Shown here one piece after another: positions 29,085-37,475 of a stretch of DNA of 64,000 nucleotides. Where the stretch lies: contig JALUTT010000176.1 in the NCBI GenBank assembly GCA_027021705.1, positions 1-64,000 of the forward strand, written 5' to 3'. The notes below the pieces were generated by a model. That model was not told the DNA's origin. It made no database searches and was given only the letters and a program-made list of their open reading frames with translations. This DNA comes from Anaerolineae bacterium. GTDB lineage: Bacteria; Chloroflexota; Anaerolineae; S140-20. Numbering within the stretch: position 1 is the first letter of the stretch; every line of letters starts with the position of its first letter. Made by a program: the position numbers and the translations under genes.

Positions 29085-29872
29085 CTCGCCTCGACGAAGG
29101 CGGCCAGCGCTTCCACGAGCCCGGCGACGGTGTGCTCCTGGGCGACGACGTGGACCGGGAGCCCTGCCCGCTCGACGGTGCGGGCGGTGATGGGGCCGAT
29201 GCAGGCCACAATGAGTTCGCGGTTGGCGATACTCTCCCGGAGGCGCTGTCGCACCCAGGGGCGCTCGGTCAGGGGACGGACGGTGGAAGGGCTGGTGAAG
29301 GTGACGACGTCGAGACCCTGCCGGAAGAGGGCTTCGAGCCGGGCCGGGTCCAGAGGGGCCGGCAGCGTCCGGTAGGCGACGACCTCATCCACGAGAGCAC
29401 CCCGCGCCCAGAGCAGGTGAGGCAGCGCCTTGCGGGCGATGTCGGCCCGGGGGAGCAGGATGCGCTGGCCCTGGACGTCGCCCATCTCCTCGACGATGGC
29501 CTCCGCCACGTAGCGGGTGGGGAGGAAGTCCACGGCCAGCCCCTGCCGGCGGAGGGCGGTGGCCGTGGCCGGTCCAATGGCTGCCTTCTTCGGCTTCTGG
29601 AGCCGCTGGAGGTCGTAGCCCAGCGCCTGTAGCCGCTCCACGACAAAGCGGACGCCGTTGACGCTGGTAAAGATCACCCAGGCGTAGCGGTCCAGCCGGT
29701 GGAGGGCATGGTCGAGGGGAGACCAATCGTCAGGTGGGGCGAAGGTGATGGTGGGCAGAAGGACGGGCTCAGCTCCCAGGGCCTGCAGCCGCTGGGCCAG
29801 GGCCTCCGCCTGCTCCCGGGGGCGGGTGACCAGCACCCGGAGCCCTGCCAGGGGAAGGTCGGTCGGGGTCAC
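29075..29872 (-). CDS. hemD: Uroporphyrinogen-III synthase
   Basis: VLVTRP, FTSVNGV, AIGPATA, FTSPSTV, CIGPIT; GTG start overlaps the hemC TGA. Confidence 0.93.
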   Translation of the reverse strand: MTPTDLPLAGLRVLVTRPREQAEALAQRLQALGAEPVLLPTITFAPPDDWSPLDHALHRLDRYAWVIFTSVNGVRFVVERLQALGYDLQRLQKPKKAAIGPATATALRRQGLAVDFLPTRYVAEAIVEEMGDVQGQRILLPRADIARKALPHLLWARGALVDEVVAYRTLPAPLDPARLEALFRQGLDVVTFTSPSTVRPLTERPWVRQRLRESIANRELIVACIGPITARTVERAGLPVHVVAQEHTVAGLVEALAAFVEARHL

Positions 29873-30816
29873 GGCCCACCCTCCTCTCCGACGGTTACGG
29901 GGGCCTCTAAGAGGCATTGAGCCCCTAGGCTCAGGAGTCGCTCGGCCAAGCGCCGGCCCAGGGATTCGGCCTCGTCGGGGTGGCCTTGGATCCGGCTGCA
30001 CAGCCGTTTCTGCCCGTCGGGAGAGGCGACAAGCCCGTCCAGGAGCAGTTCGCCCGCTTCCAGCCGACCGTAGGCGGCCACCGGCACCTGGCAGCCACCG
30101 CCCAGGGTGCGCAGGAAGGCCCGCTCCGCCGTCACGGCGGCCCAGGTGGGGGCGTGGTTGAGGGGGGCGACCAGGGCCTGGGCCTTGGCGTCGTCGGCCC
30201 GGACCTCCAGGGCCAGGGCTCCCTGGCCCACGGCCGGCAGCATGATCTCCACCGGCAGGGGCCAGACCGTGTCGCTCCAGCGCCCCAGGCGGATCAGCCC
30301 GGCCGCGGCCAGCACCAGGGCGTCCACCTCGCCCTCAGTCAGCTTGCGTAGCCGGGTGTCCACGTTGCCCCGGATGCCCACCACCCGGAGGTCCGGTCGC
30401 CAGGCGAGGAGCTGGGCCTGACGGCGGAGCGATCCCGTCCCCACCCGGCTCTCCAGGGGCAGCGAGGCCAGCGTCACCCCAGGGCGGGTGACCAGGACGT
30501 CGTGGGGGTTAGCTCGCCGGGGGGTGGCGGCCAGGGTCAGGCCCGGCACCGGCGCGGTGGGCAGGTCCTTGAGGCTGTGGACGGCCAGGTCCACCTCGCC
30601 CTCCAGGAGGGCGGTCTGGATGGCCCGGACGAAGGCCCCCCGCCCACTGAAGGCGGTCAGGGGGAGATCGCGCCGCCGGTCCCCTTGGGTGGTGATGGTG
30701 CGGACCTCGACGGTCAGGTCGGGGTGGTGCTCCCGCAGGGCGGTGACCACCGCCTCCGTCTGGGCCAGGGCGAGGGCGCTGCCCCGGGTGCCGACGACCA
30801 GCCGCCGGCGGCTCAT
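29869..30816 (-). CDS. hemC: Hydroxymethylbilane synthase
   Basis: GTRGSALALAQ, AVHSLKD, GTGSLRR, RGNVDTR, GGGCQVP. Confidence 0.97.
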   Translation of the reverse strand: MSRRRLVVGTRGSALALAQTEAVVTALREHHPDLTVEVRTITTQGDRRRDLPLTAFSGRGAFVRAIQTALLEGEVDLAVHSLKDLPTAPVPGLTLAATPRRANPHDVLVTRPGVTLASLPLESRVGTGSLRRQAQLLAWRPDLRVVGIRGNVDTRLRKLTEGEVDALVLAAAGLIRLGRWSDTVWPLPVEIMLPAVGQGALALEVRADDAKAQALVAPLNHAPTWAAVTAERAFLRTLGGGCQVPVAAYGRLEAGELLLDGLVASPDGQKRLCSRIQGHPDEAESLGRRLAERLLSLGAQCLLEAPVTVGEEGGP

Positions 30817-32099
30817 CGGACTTCCTCCAGGGCGAAGAGTTCGCGCAGGGCAGCGCTGTAGAGGCGGCTATCCCCCCGCTGGGCCTGGGCCTTCAGCCGC
30901 ACCGTGGGCTCGTGGAGCAGCTTGTTGACGATGGCCCGGCTGAAGGCGTTGAGGACCTCCCGGTCCCGTTCGGGCAACGGGCCAAGCCGCCGCAGCGCCC
31001 GCTCCAGTTCGGCCTGGCGGATGCGTTCGGCCCGAGCCCGCAGCGCCTTGATGGTGGGGGTCACCTCCAGGGAGCGGAACCAGGCCATGAAGCGGGTCAC
31101 CTCCTCCTGAACGATGGGGCGGGCCTGGTAGGCGGCGTGACGCCGCTTCTGTCGGCCGGTCTCGACCACGTTTTGGAGGTCGTCAATGTTGCGAAGGGTG
31201 ACGCCGGGGATCTGGGCGGCCTGGGGCTCGATGTCGCGGGGGACGGCGATGTCTATGAGCAACAGAGGGCGGCCCTGACGCTGGGCCATCGCCCGGCGGA
31301 CGACGTCGGCCCGGATGATGATGTGGGGAGCGGCGGTGGCGCTGAGGGCCAGGTCCACCTGGGCCAGGGCTTTCGGGAGCTGGTCGAGGGGAAGGGCCTG
31401 CCCACCGAACTGCTGGGCCATCGCTACGGCCCGTTCGTAGGTCCGATTGGCCACCCAGATCCCGCCGATGCCGTGGGCGTGGAGGGCCTTGGCGGCCAGG
31501 GTACTCATCTTGCCTGTGCCCACCAGGAGGACACAGCGGCCCTCTAAAGAGCCCAAGGTCTGGCGGGCCAGTTCGACGGCGGCCGAGCTGATGGAGACGG
31601 GGTGCCGCCCGATCTCCGTCTCGGTCCGCACCCGCTTGCCGGTGTGGATGGCCTGCTGAAAGAGGGCGGAGAGGAGGGGGCCGGGGGCTTCCAGGGCCTG
31701 GGCCATCTCGAAGGCCTCCCGCACCTGCCCCAGGATCTGTGCCTCGCCCAGGATCATCGAGTCCAAACCGCTGGCGACCCGGAAGAGGTGCGCGACGGCG
31801 TTGCGGTCGGCGCAGGCGTAGAGATGGGGGGCCAGCCGTTCGGGGGAGAGACCATGGAAGTCGGCCAGGAAGCGGGTAAGGGTGGCATGGCCGGCGGCGA
31901 CCTCCTGGGCGACCCCGTAAACCTCGGTGCGGTTGCAGGTGGTCAGGATCACGGCCTCGCGGATGCGTCCCGACTCCGGGGGATCCGGGGAGAGGAGTTG
32001 TCTGAGGCCCTCTTCCAGAGAGCAGGCGGTGTAGGTGAGCTGTTCCCGTAGGGCGACTGGAGCGGTCGTGTGGTTGAGCCCCACCAACAGGATGTGCAT
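30813..32099 (-). CDS. hemA: Glutamyl-tRNA reductase
   Basis: GLNHTTAPVALRE, TCNRTE, GLDSMILGEAQILGQ, DIAVPRD. Confidence 0.97.
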   Translation of the reverse strand: MHILLVGLNHTTAPVALREQLTYTACSLEEGLRQLLSPDPPESGRIREAVILTTCNRTEVYGVAQEVAAGHATLTRFLADFHGLSPERLAPHLYACADRNAVAHLFRVASGLDSMILGEAQILGQVREAFEMAQALEAPGPLLSALFQQAIHTGKRVRTETEIGRHPVSISSAAVELARQTLGSLEGRCVLLVGTGKMSTLAAKALHAHGIGGIWVANRTYERAVAMAQQFGGQALPLDQLPKALAQVDLALSATAAPHIIIRADVVRRAMAQRQGRPLLLIDIAVPRDIEPQAAQIPGVTLRNIDDLQNVVETGRQKRRHAAYQARPIVQEEVTRFMAWFRSLEVTPTIKALRARAERIRQAELERALRRLGPLPERDREVLNAFSRAIVNKLLHEPTVRLKAQAQRGDSRLYSAALRELFALEEVR

Positions 32100-32150
32100 C
32101 GTAGCCACCTCGGACGAGGGCTGGTGTGATGAATCGTGAGGTACACTCAT

Positions 32151-32178
32151 ATTTTAGTAGATTTTGTGGGTTTGTCAA
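32151..32178 (-). promoter_or_regulatory. Promoter of the hem operon
   Basis: Minus strand TTGACA-N16-TAAAAT in an AT-rich patch upstream of hemA. Confidence 0.6.
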
Positions 32179-32260
32179 GGGGTAAATTCCATTTCTCACA
32201 AATTCCTTACCCATCGTTCCCCATCGTCCGCTTGTTCTTCGCGCGAGGAGTACTGCGCCC

Positions 32261-35200
32261 TCAGCAATTCAGTGATTCAGGAGGGTGCAGGATCCGGTCC
32301 ACGACCTCGGCCAGCCGCTCCATGCTGGGCGGTTTGGACAGCCAGTCTACGACGCCCGCAAGAAGCGGGGCCTGGACCGCTTCGCCCAGCGGATAGCCCG
32401 TCAGCACCACGATCTTCAGTGAGGGTTTCCGCTTCCGCAGGGCGTAGATCAGCGGTATCCCTCCCATCTCCGGCATCACCAGGTCGCTCAGCAGCAGGGC
32501 GATCTCGTCCGCGTGCTGTTCGAAGACCGCCAGCGCTTCCCGCCCGTGGGCCGCTTCCAACACCCGATAGTTCAGCATCTCGAGGATCTCCCGCAGCGCT
32601 GATCGGGTGGCTTGATCATCCTCCACCACTAGGATGGTCTCCCCCCGGCCCCGGGGCAGATCCGTCCCCTTCACGACGGGGAGCTCCCCCTGCGCCACGG
32701 TCAGGGCGGGCAGGTAGAGGCTGAAAGTGGTCCCCTCCCCCACACGGCTTTCCACGTCTACGTGTCCCTCGTGCTGCTTGACGATGCCGTAGACCTGGGC
32801 CAGCCCCAACCCTGTCCCCTCACCCGGCGGTTTGGTGGTGAAAAAGGGCTCGAAGATGTGAGGCAGCACATCCTCGGGAATGCCAACCCCGGTATCCGTA
32901 ACCATCACCCGCACCCACTCCCCCGCCTCCATATCGGGCAGCGGAGGGACCTCGTCCGGCCCGATCCGCACGCGCTCCAGGCTGATGTGCAGGATACCCC
33001 CCTCGGGCATAGCGTCCCAGGCGTTGAAGGCCAGGTTCATCAGGGCCTGCTGCAGGCGCGTGGGATCAGCACTGACGGTGTACTCGTCGGAGCCGTAGGC
33101 GATCTCGACCTGGATGCTCTCCGGCAGGGTTCGGTCCAGCAGCCGGGTCAGTTCCTTCAGGAAGGGCAGCAGGTCGAGAGGCCGCCGTTCGAGGGGGGAA
33201 CGGCGGCTGAAGTCCAGAACCTGCTGGATGAGGTTGGCTGCCCGTTTGGCCTGCTGGACGACGGTGGCAAGGCGCTCCTGGACGCCGGCGGGGAGGTCAG
33301 GGTCTTGGAGGGCCATCTGGGTGTAGAGGATGATCACGGCCAGGATGTTGTTGAAATCGTGGGCGATGCCGGCAGCCAACTGGCCCACCGCAGCCAAGCG
33401 GTCCTGCTCCTGGATGCGCTGCTGGACCTCCCGCTCTCGGGTGACGTCCCGCAGGATGAGAACCCATCCTTCGTCCTCGGCCACCGGCTGGGCAACCACT
33501 TCGAAGATGCGACGGGGAGGTCCCTCCACGGTCACCTCGTGTCCCAGGCCATCGGAGGGGGTGGTCAGCAGCTCCGCCACAGGCCGCCCGCCCAGTTGGG
33601 TGAGGATGTCCCCCACCTTGACCCCGGCCAGCGCCATCAGGTACTCCCGGGCAGTCGGGTTGGCCAGGAGGATGCGGTGCTGGGCGTTCAGCAGGAGCAC
33701 GCCTTCGGGCACCGTGTCCATGATCCGCTGGACCTGGTGGGCCTGCTCCTGAATCCGGGCCAGCAGGTGGGCGTTCTCCAGGGCGGTCGCTGCGGAGTGG
33801 GCGAAGAGGTCCGCCAGCGCCCGTCGGGGGGCCGGGAAGGCGTGGGGTTCGGAAGCCAAGAGGGTCACCACGCCGAACAACCGCTCGCCGGAGGCCAACG
33901 GGAGGAGGTAGGCTGAATGGATGGTAGGATCTAGGCGAATCCAGCGGGAGTCGGCGTGGCAGTCGGGTAGGTAGAGGGGCTGCCGGGTGGAGGCCACCAG
34001 CCCCACCAACCCCCGCTCCTCGCCCAGCGGAAAGACCGGCTGGAGGAACCTCTCCCGGGCATCGCCCAGAGGAGTACCCCAAGTCTCCTCCAACATCAGC
34101 ACCCGTGTCTGGCTGTCGTAGCGGAAGAAGTGCACCCGCTCGGCGTTCACTGAGCGCTGCAGCGTCTCCAGGATCACCGAGACGATGTGAGCTGGCGTGG
34201 CAGTGGTCATCTCCGACTGGGCGGCCAACATCTGCTCTACAGCATCGGCCCGCGCTGTCGCTTCGGAGAAGGCCCGGGCGTTCTCGATGGCGATGGCGGC
34301 CTGACCGGCCATGGTGCGGAAGAAAGCGATGTCCTCGTCAGCGAAGACCTTGGGCCCTGTGGTCAGGATGTGGAGGATGCCGATGGTCCGGTCGCGTACC
34401 ACCAGGGGCACACCCAGGTAGGAGACCAGCCGTCCATTGCGGATGCTCCTCCAGTGCATCTGAACCCGGGGGTCCTGGGCCAGGTCGTAGATGATGACAG
34501 GCTCCCGCCGTTCGACGAACCAGTGGAGCAGATTCTCCGCCAGGTCGAATGCCCGCTCTTCGACGACCGTGCCGTTGGGTAGGCGCATGACGAAGACGCC
34601 GGCCCAGCGCTGGGCCTCGTCCAGGAGGCTGATGGCCACCGCGTCCGCCCCCAGCTCCCTGGGCACCCGCTCCAAGACGATGTGCAGGATCTCCTCCAGG
34701 TCGAGGCTCTGGATGATGGCGCGGTCAATGGCCCGCAACGTTTGCAGGCGGGCCAGCCGCTCTCGGGCCTGGCGATAGGTCCGGGCGTGGTCAATGGCCA
34801 ACGCCAGTTGGTCACCGATGGCCTGCAACGCGCGCACGTCCTGCTTGTCCAGAGCTTCGTAGCGCCGGCTGGCCACCATCAGCGCGCCCAGCCACTCCCC
34901 CTCCCCGCCATCTTGAGGAGGCAGCCATAGGGGAATGATGGCCCAAGCCTGGATGCCCTCCTGCTTGGCAAACTCAGGGATGAGGCCGGGATCGCTCAGC
35001 CGTTCGTGGACGATGCGCGGCTCGCGCATCCAGTCTGGCAAATCATCTATCGGAAAGGAAAGCACCTGGGCGCGGAGGTCATCGGGGAGGTCTCGCCAGG
35101 CCCGCAGCACCACCTCGTTATTCTGCACCAAGTGGATACCGCCGAACTCCACGTTCAGGAAGGCCAGCACCTCGTCTAAGATGCGGTGCAGGCGCTCGTC

Positions 35201-36898
35201 CAGATCCACGGTGATCAGAGTGGCTCCGAGGATCCGGGCGCGGACGGCCAGCTCATCTCGCTGGCGGCGCAACTCCTCCTCCGCCTGCTTCTCCTGAGTG
35301 ATCTCTTCCAGGCTTCCCTCGTAGTAGAGCAGGTTACCCTCGGCATCGCGGACGGCCCGAGCACTATCGCGCACCCAGATGACCGTTCCATCATACCGAC
35401 GCAACTGGATCTCGAAGCCCTGCACCGTCCCTTCCTGCTCGATCAACTGCTGCCACCGAATGCGCACCTGGGGGTCCACGTACAGGTCGGTGACGTTGAC
35501 CGCGAGCAGGGATGCACGGTCTGGAAAACCCAGGATGGACACCAACGCAGGGTTGGCGTCCAGGATCCGCCCATCGGACGTCGAGCGGTAAAGCCCCACG
35601 GGGGCACCGTTGAAAAGAGCGCGGTACTGCATCTCAGCCTCCTGAGTAGCCTGATATTCCTGGGCTCGCTCCAGAGCGATGGTCCCCTGGTTGGCAAGGA
35701 GGGTGAGCAAGCGCACTTCATCGGAAGTGAAGGGACGAGGCTGAGCGTTGTGAACGCGGAGAACGCCCAGAATCCCCGCCTTTCCCCGAAGGGGCACGAT
35801 GATGCTGCTGACCACACCGCGCTCCTGTAGCCCGGCCAGAGGGGAAGAGGGGTTGTGCCCCTGCGAGCCGACCTGGCGAAGGGGTTCTCCATGGCGGAAG
35901 ACATACCCCTCTTGTGACGCCTCGATGGGCACCCGATAGCGACCGTAGAGGTCCGGGTCCCAGCCAGCGCCTCTGACCAGCACCAACCAGTGCCCTGTGG
36001 GGTCTGGAATCATCAGGGAAACGTAATCCACCCGCAGGGCCTTTTGTACCACCCGAACGGTGGTCTCGATCACCGCGTGAGGATCGGTCAGCCCAATCAG
36101 CTCCTGAGAGAAGTCCAACAGAGTGGTCTGCTCCTGGATGCGTGCTCGGATGCGCGCGCGCATCGCTTCGAAGGAGTAGGCCAACCGTCCCAGTTCGTTG
36201 CGCACCCGCACACCGATGGGGTGCTCTAGGTCCCCTTCCTCCATCCGTTGGACCACCTTCTTCAAGGTGCTGATGGGGTGAAGCACCTGGAGCGTGAACA
36301 GCCCATAGCCCACCGCCAGCGCCAGGACTCCAACGAGAAAGTAAGCCACCTCCAGCCGTGCTATGCGAGCCACCCGGGCCTCAGCCGCCACTTGGTAGAG
36401 GCGCACAGCCCGGTCCATCTCCTCTAGGACCGCTTCGGAGAAGTGCTCCAGATCGGCCATCCCCCGGATAAAAGCAGGGCTGCCCGGTTCACTCTCCAAC
36501 ACGGTCCGGGCAGCTTGGCGCAACGGTCTCCAAGCAGTTTGCACCGTCTCCAGGGCTGAGTAGAAGGTCGGATCGGTAGCCGGGGGCACGACGACGGTGG
36601 CATCGCCGTAGACGATCTCCCCTCCCTCCATCAAAGCACGCAGACCTTCCTCGAACTGACGCGCCGCTTCCTCTATATCGGCCCGCCGGCCAGAGTCCTG
36701 GCCCTTGAGCAGGCTCAACCAAGTTTTCGTGCTGACCCTCTGGCTGAGCATCCTCTGCCGCCCAGCCAGGTTCACGATCAGGGCATCGCTCTGATGGGCC
36801 CGGATGGCCCACAGGTTGGTCCCTACCGAGAGCCCTCCAAGCAGCAACAGCGTGACAAAGATGAACCCCGTTGTGACACGAATGGACGGATTACGCAT
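32261..36898 (-). CDS. Hybrid sensor histidine kinase: PilJ/NarX-like sensor, HAMP, multiple GAF/PAS, HisKA, HATPase, REC
   Basis: NLAGRQRMLSQ (P-box-like) between two TMs, HAMP NELGRLA, GIAHDFNN, FEPFFTTK, GTGLGL, C-terminal receiver ILVVEDD...SDLVMP. Confidence 0.92.
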   Translation of the reverse strand: MRNPSIRVTTGFIFVTLLLLGGLSVGTNLWAIRAHQSDALIVNLAGRQRMLSQRVSTKTWLSLLKGQDSGRRADIEEAARQFEEGLRALMEGGEIVYGDATVVVPPATDPTFYSALETVQTAWRPLRQAARTVLESEPGSPAFIRGMADLEHFSEAVLEEMDRAVRLYQVAAEARVARIARLEVAYFLVGVLALAVGYGLFTLQVLHPISTLKKVVQRMEEGDLEHPIGVRVRNELGRLAYSFEAMRARIRARIQEQTTLLDFSQELIGLTDPHAVIETTVRVVQKALRVDYVSLMIPDPTGHWLVLVRGAGWDPDLYGRYRVPIEASQEGYVFRHGEPLRQVGSQGHNPSSPLAGLQERGVVSSIIVPLRGKAGILGVLRVHNAQPRPFTSDEVRLLTLLANQGTIALERAQEYQATQEAEMQYRALFNGAPVGLYRSTSDGRILDANPALVSILGFPDRASLLAVNVTDLYVDPQVRIRWQQLIEQEGTVQGFEIQLRRYDGTVIWVRDSARAVRDAEGNLLYYEGSLEEITQEKQAEEELRRQRDELAVRARILGATLITVDLDERLHRILDEVLAFLNVEFGGIHLVQNNEVVLRAWRDLPDDLRAQVLSFPIDDLPDWMREPRIVHERLSDPGLIPEFAKQEGIQAWAIIPLWLPPQDGGEGEWLGALMVASRRYEALDKQDVRALQAIGDQLALAIDHARTYRQARERLARLQTLRAIDRAIIQSLDLEEILHIVLERVPRELGADAVAISLLDEAQRWAGVFVMRLPNGTVVEERAFDLAENLLHWFVERREPVIIYDLAQDPRVQMHWRSIRNGRLVSYLGVPLVVRDRTIGILHILTTGPKVFADEDIAFFRTMAGQAAIAIENARAFSEATARADAVEQMLAAQSEMTTATPAHIVSVILETLQRSVNAERVHFFRYDSQTRVLMLEETWGTPLGDARERFLQPVFPLGEERGLVGLVASTRQPLYLPDCHADSRWIRLDPTIHSAYLLPLASGERLFGVVTLLASEPHAFPAPRRALADLFAHSAATALENAHLLARIQEQAHQVQRIMDTVPEGVLLLNAQHRILLANPTAREYLMALAGVKVGDILTQLGGRPVAELLTTPSDGLGHEVTVEGPPRRIFEVVAQPVAEDEGWVLILRDVTREREVQQRIQEQDRLAAVGQLAAGIAHDFNNILAVIILYTQMALQDPDLPAGVQERLATVVQQAKRAANLIQQVLDFSRRSPLERRPLDLLPFLKELTRLLDRTLPESIQVEIAYGSDEYTVSADPTRLQQALMNLAFNAWDAMPEGGILHISLERVRIGPDEVPPLPDMEAGEWVRVMVTDTGVGIPEDVLPHIFEPFFTTKPPGEGTGLGLAQVYGIVKQHEGHVDVESRVGEGTTFSLYLPALTVAQGELPVVKGTDLPRGRGETILVVEDDQATRSALREILEMLNYRVLEAAHGREALAVFEQHADEIALLLSDLVMPEMGGIPLIYALRKRKPSLKIVVLTGYPLGEAVQAPLLAGVVDWLSKPPSMERLAEVVDRILHPPESLNC

Positions 36899-37475
36899 AG
36901 CCCTTCCCTTCCAGACATCTGCAGGCTCGGCGAGGTCGCCTTCTGCAAATCGGCTTCGGCCACACCCGCTTTGTCCACCTTGGGCTTGCATCTCTCCTGT
37001 GGATGTTTCCAAAGTATACCACAGAAGCGTGCCTGTGCCACCGGCCGGCACGCCCCCAAGACGGGCGCAGGATGGGTGGGCTCTGGCCTCCCAATAGGAC
37101 CTCCTTCCTATGACAATCGTCCTATTGGCGTGAGGGCCTTCTGTTGGTATCATAAGCTTGGCTTCCAGGGCCGGGTGCTGCGAAGCAGACGAGGCGCGGA
37201 GAAGAGACCCAAGAGAGCACGCACGCCCCAGGAACTTCGCGGGAAGAACCCGGCGCTTTCATTTTGCCCGACAGGCGGATAGCCTGGAAAACGGTCCACA
37301 GGCCCCCACGATCCCCGCACCGCCCAGACCTGCCTGAGCGGTGCTTTTTTGTAGAAGCGCGTGCCTTTAGGCAACGCCAAGGGCACATCTTGGAGAGAGC
37401 GTGTCGTATCGTCATAGCCGCCCACGATGAGCAGAGGGAGAGTTGTTGTGGCAAGAATGATAGGAGGGAGAGACA

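Noticed and set aside
32100..32150. hemA start at 32150
   Set aside because: That ATG abuts the predicted -10 box; ATG 32099 has a GAGGTG RBS and gives the typical HemA N-terminus.
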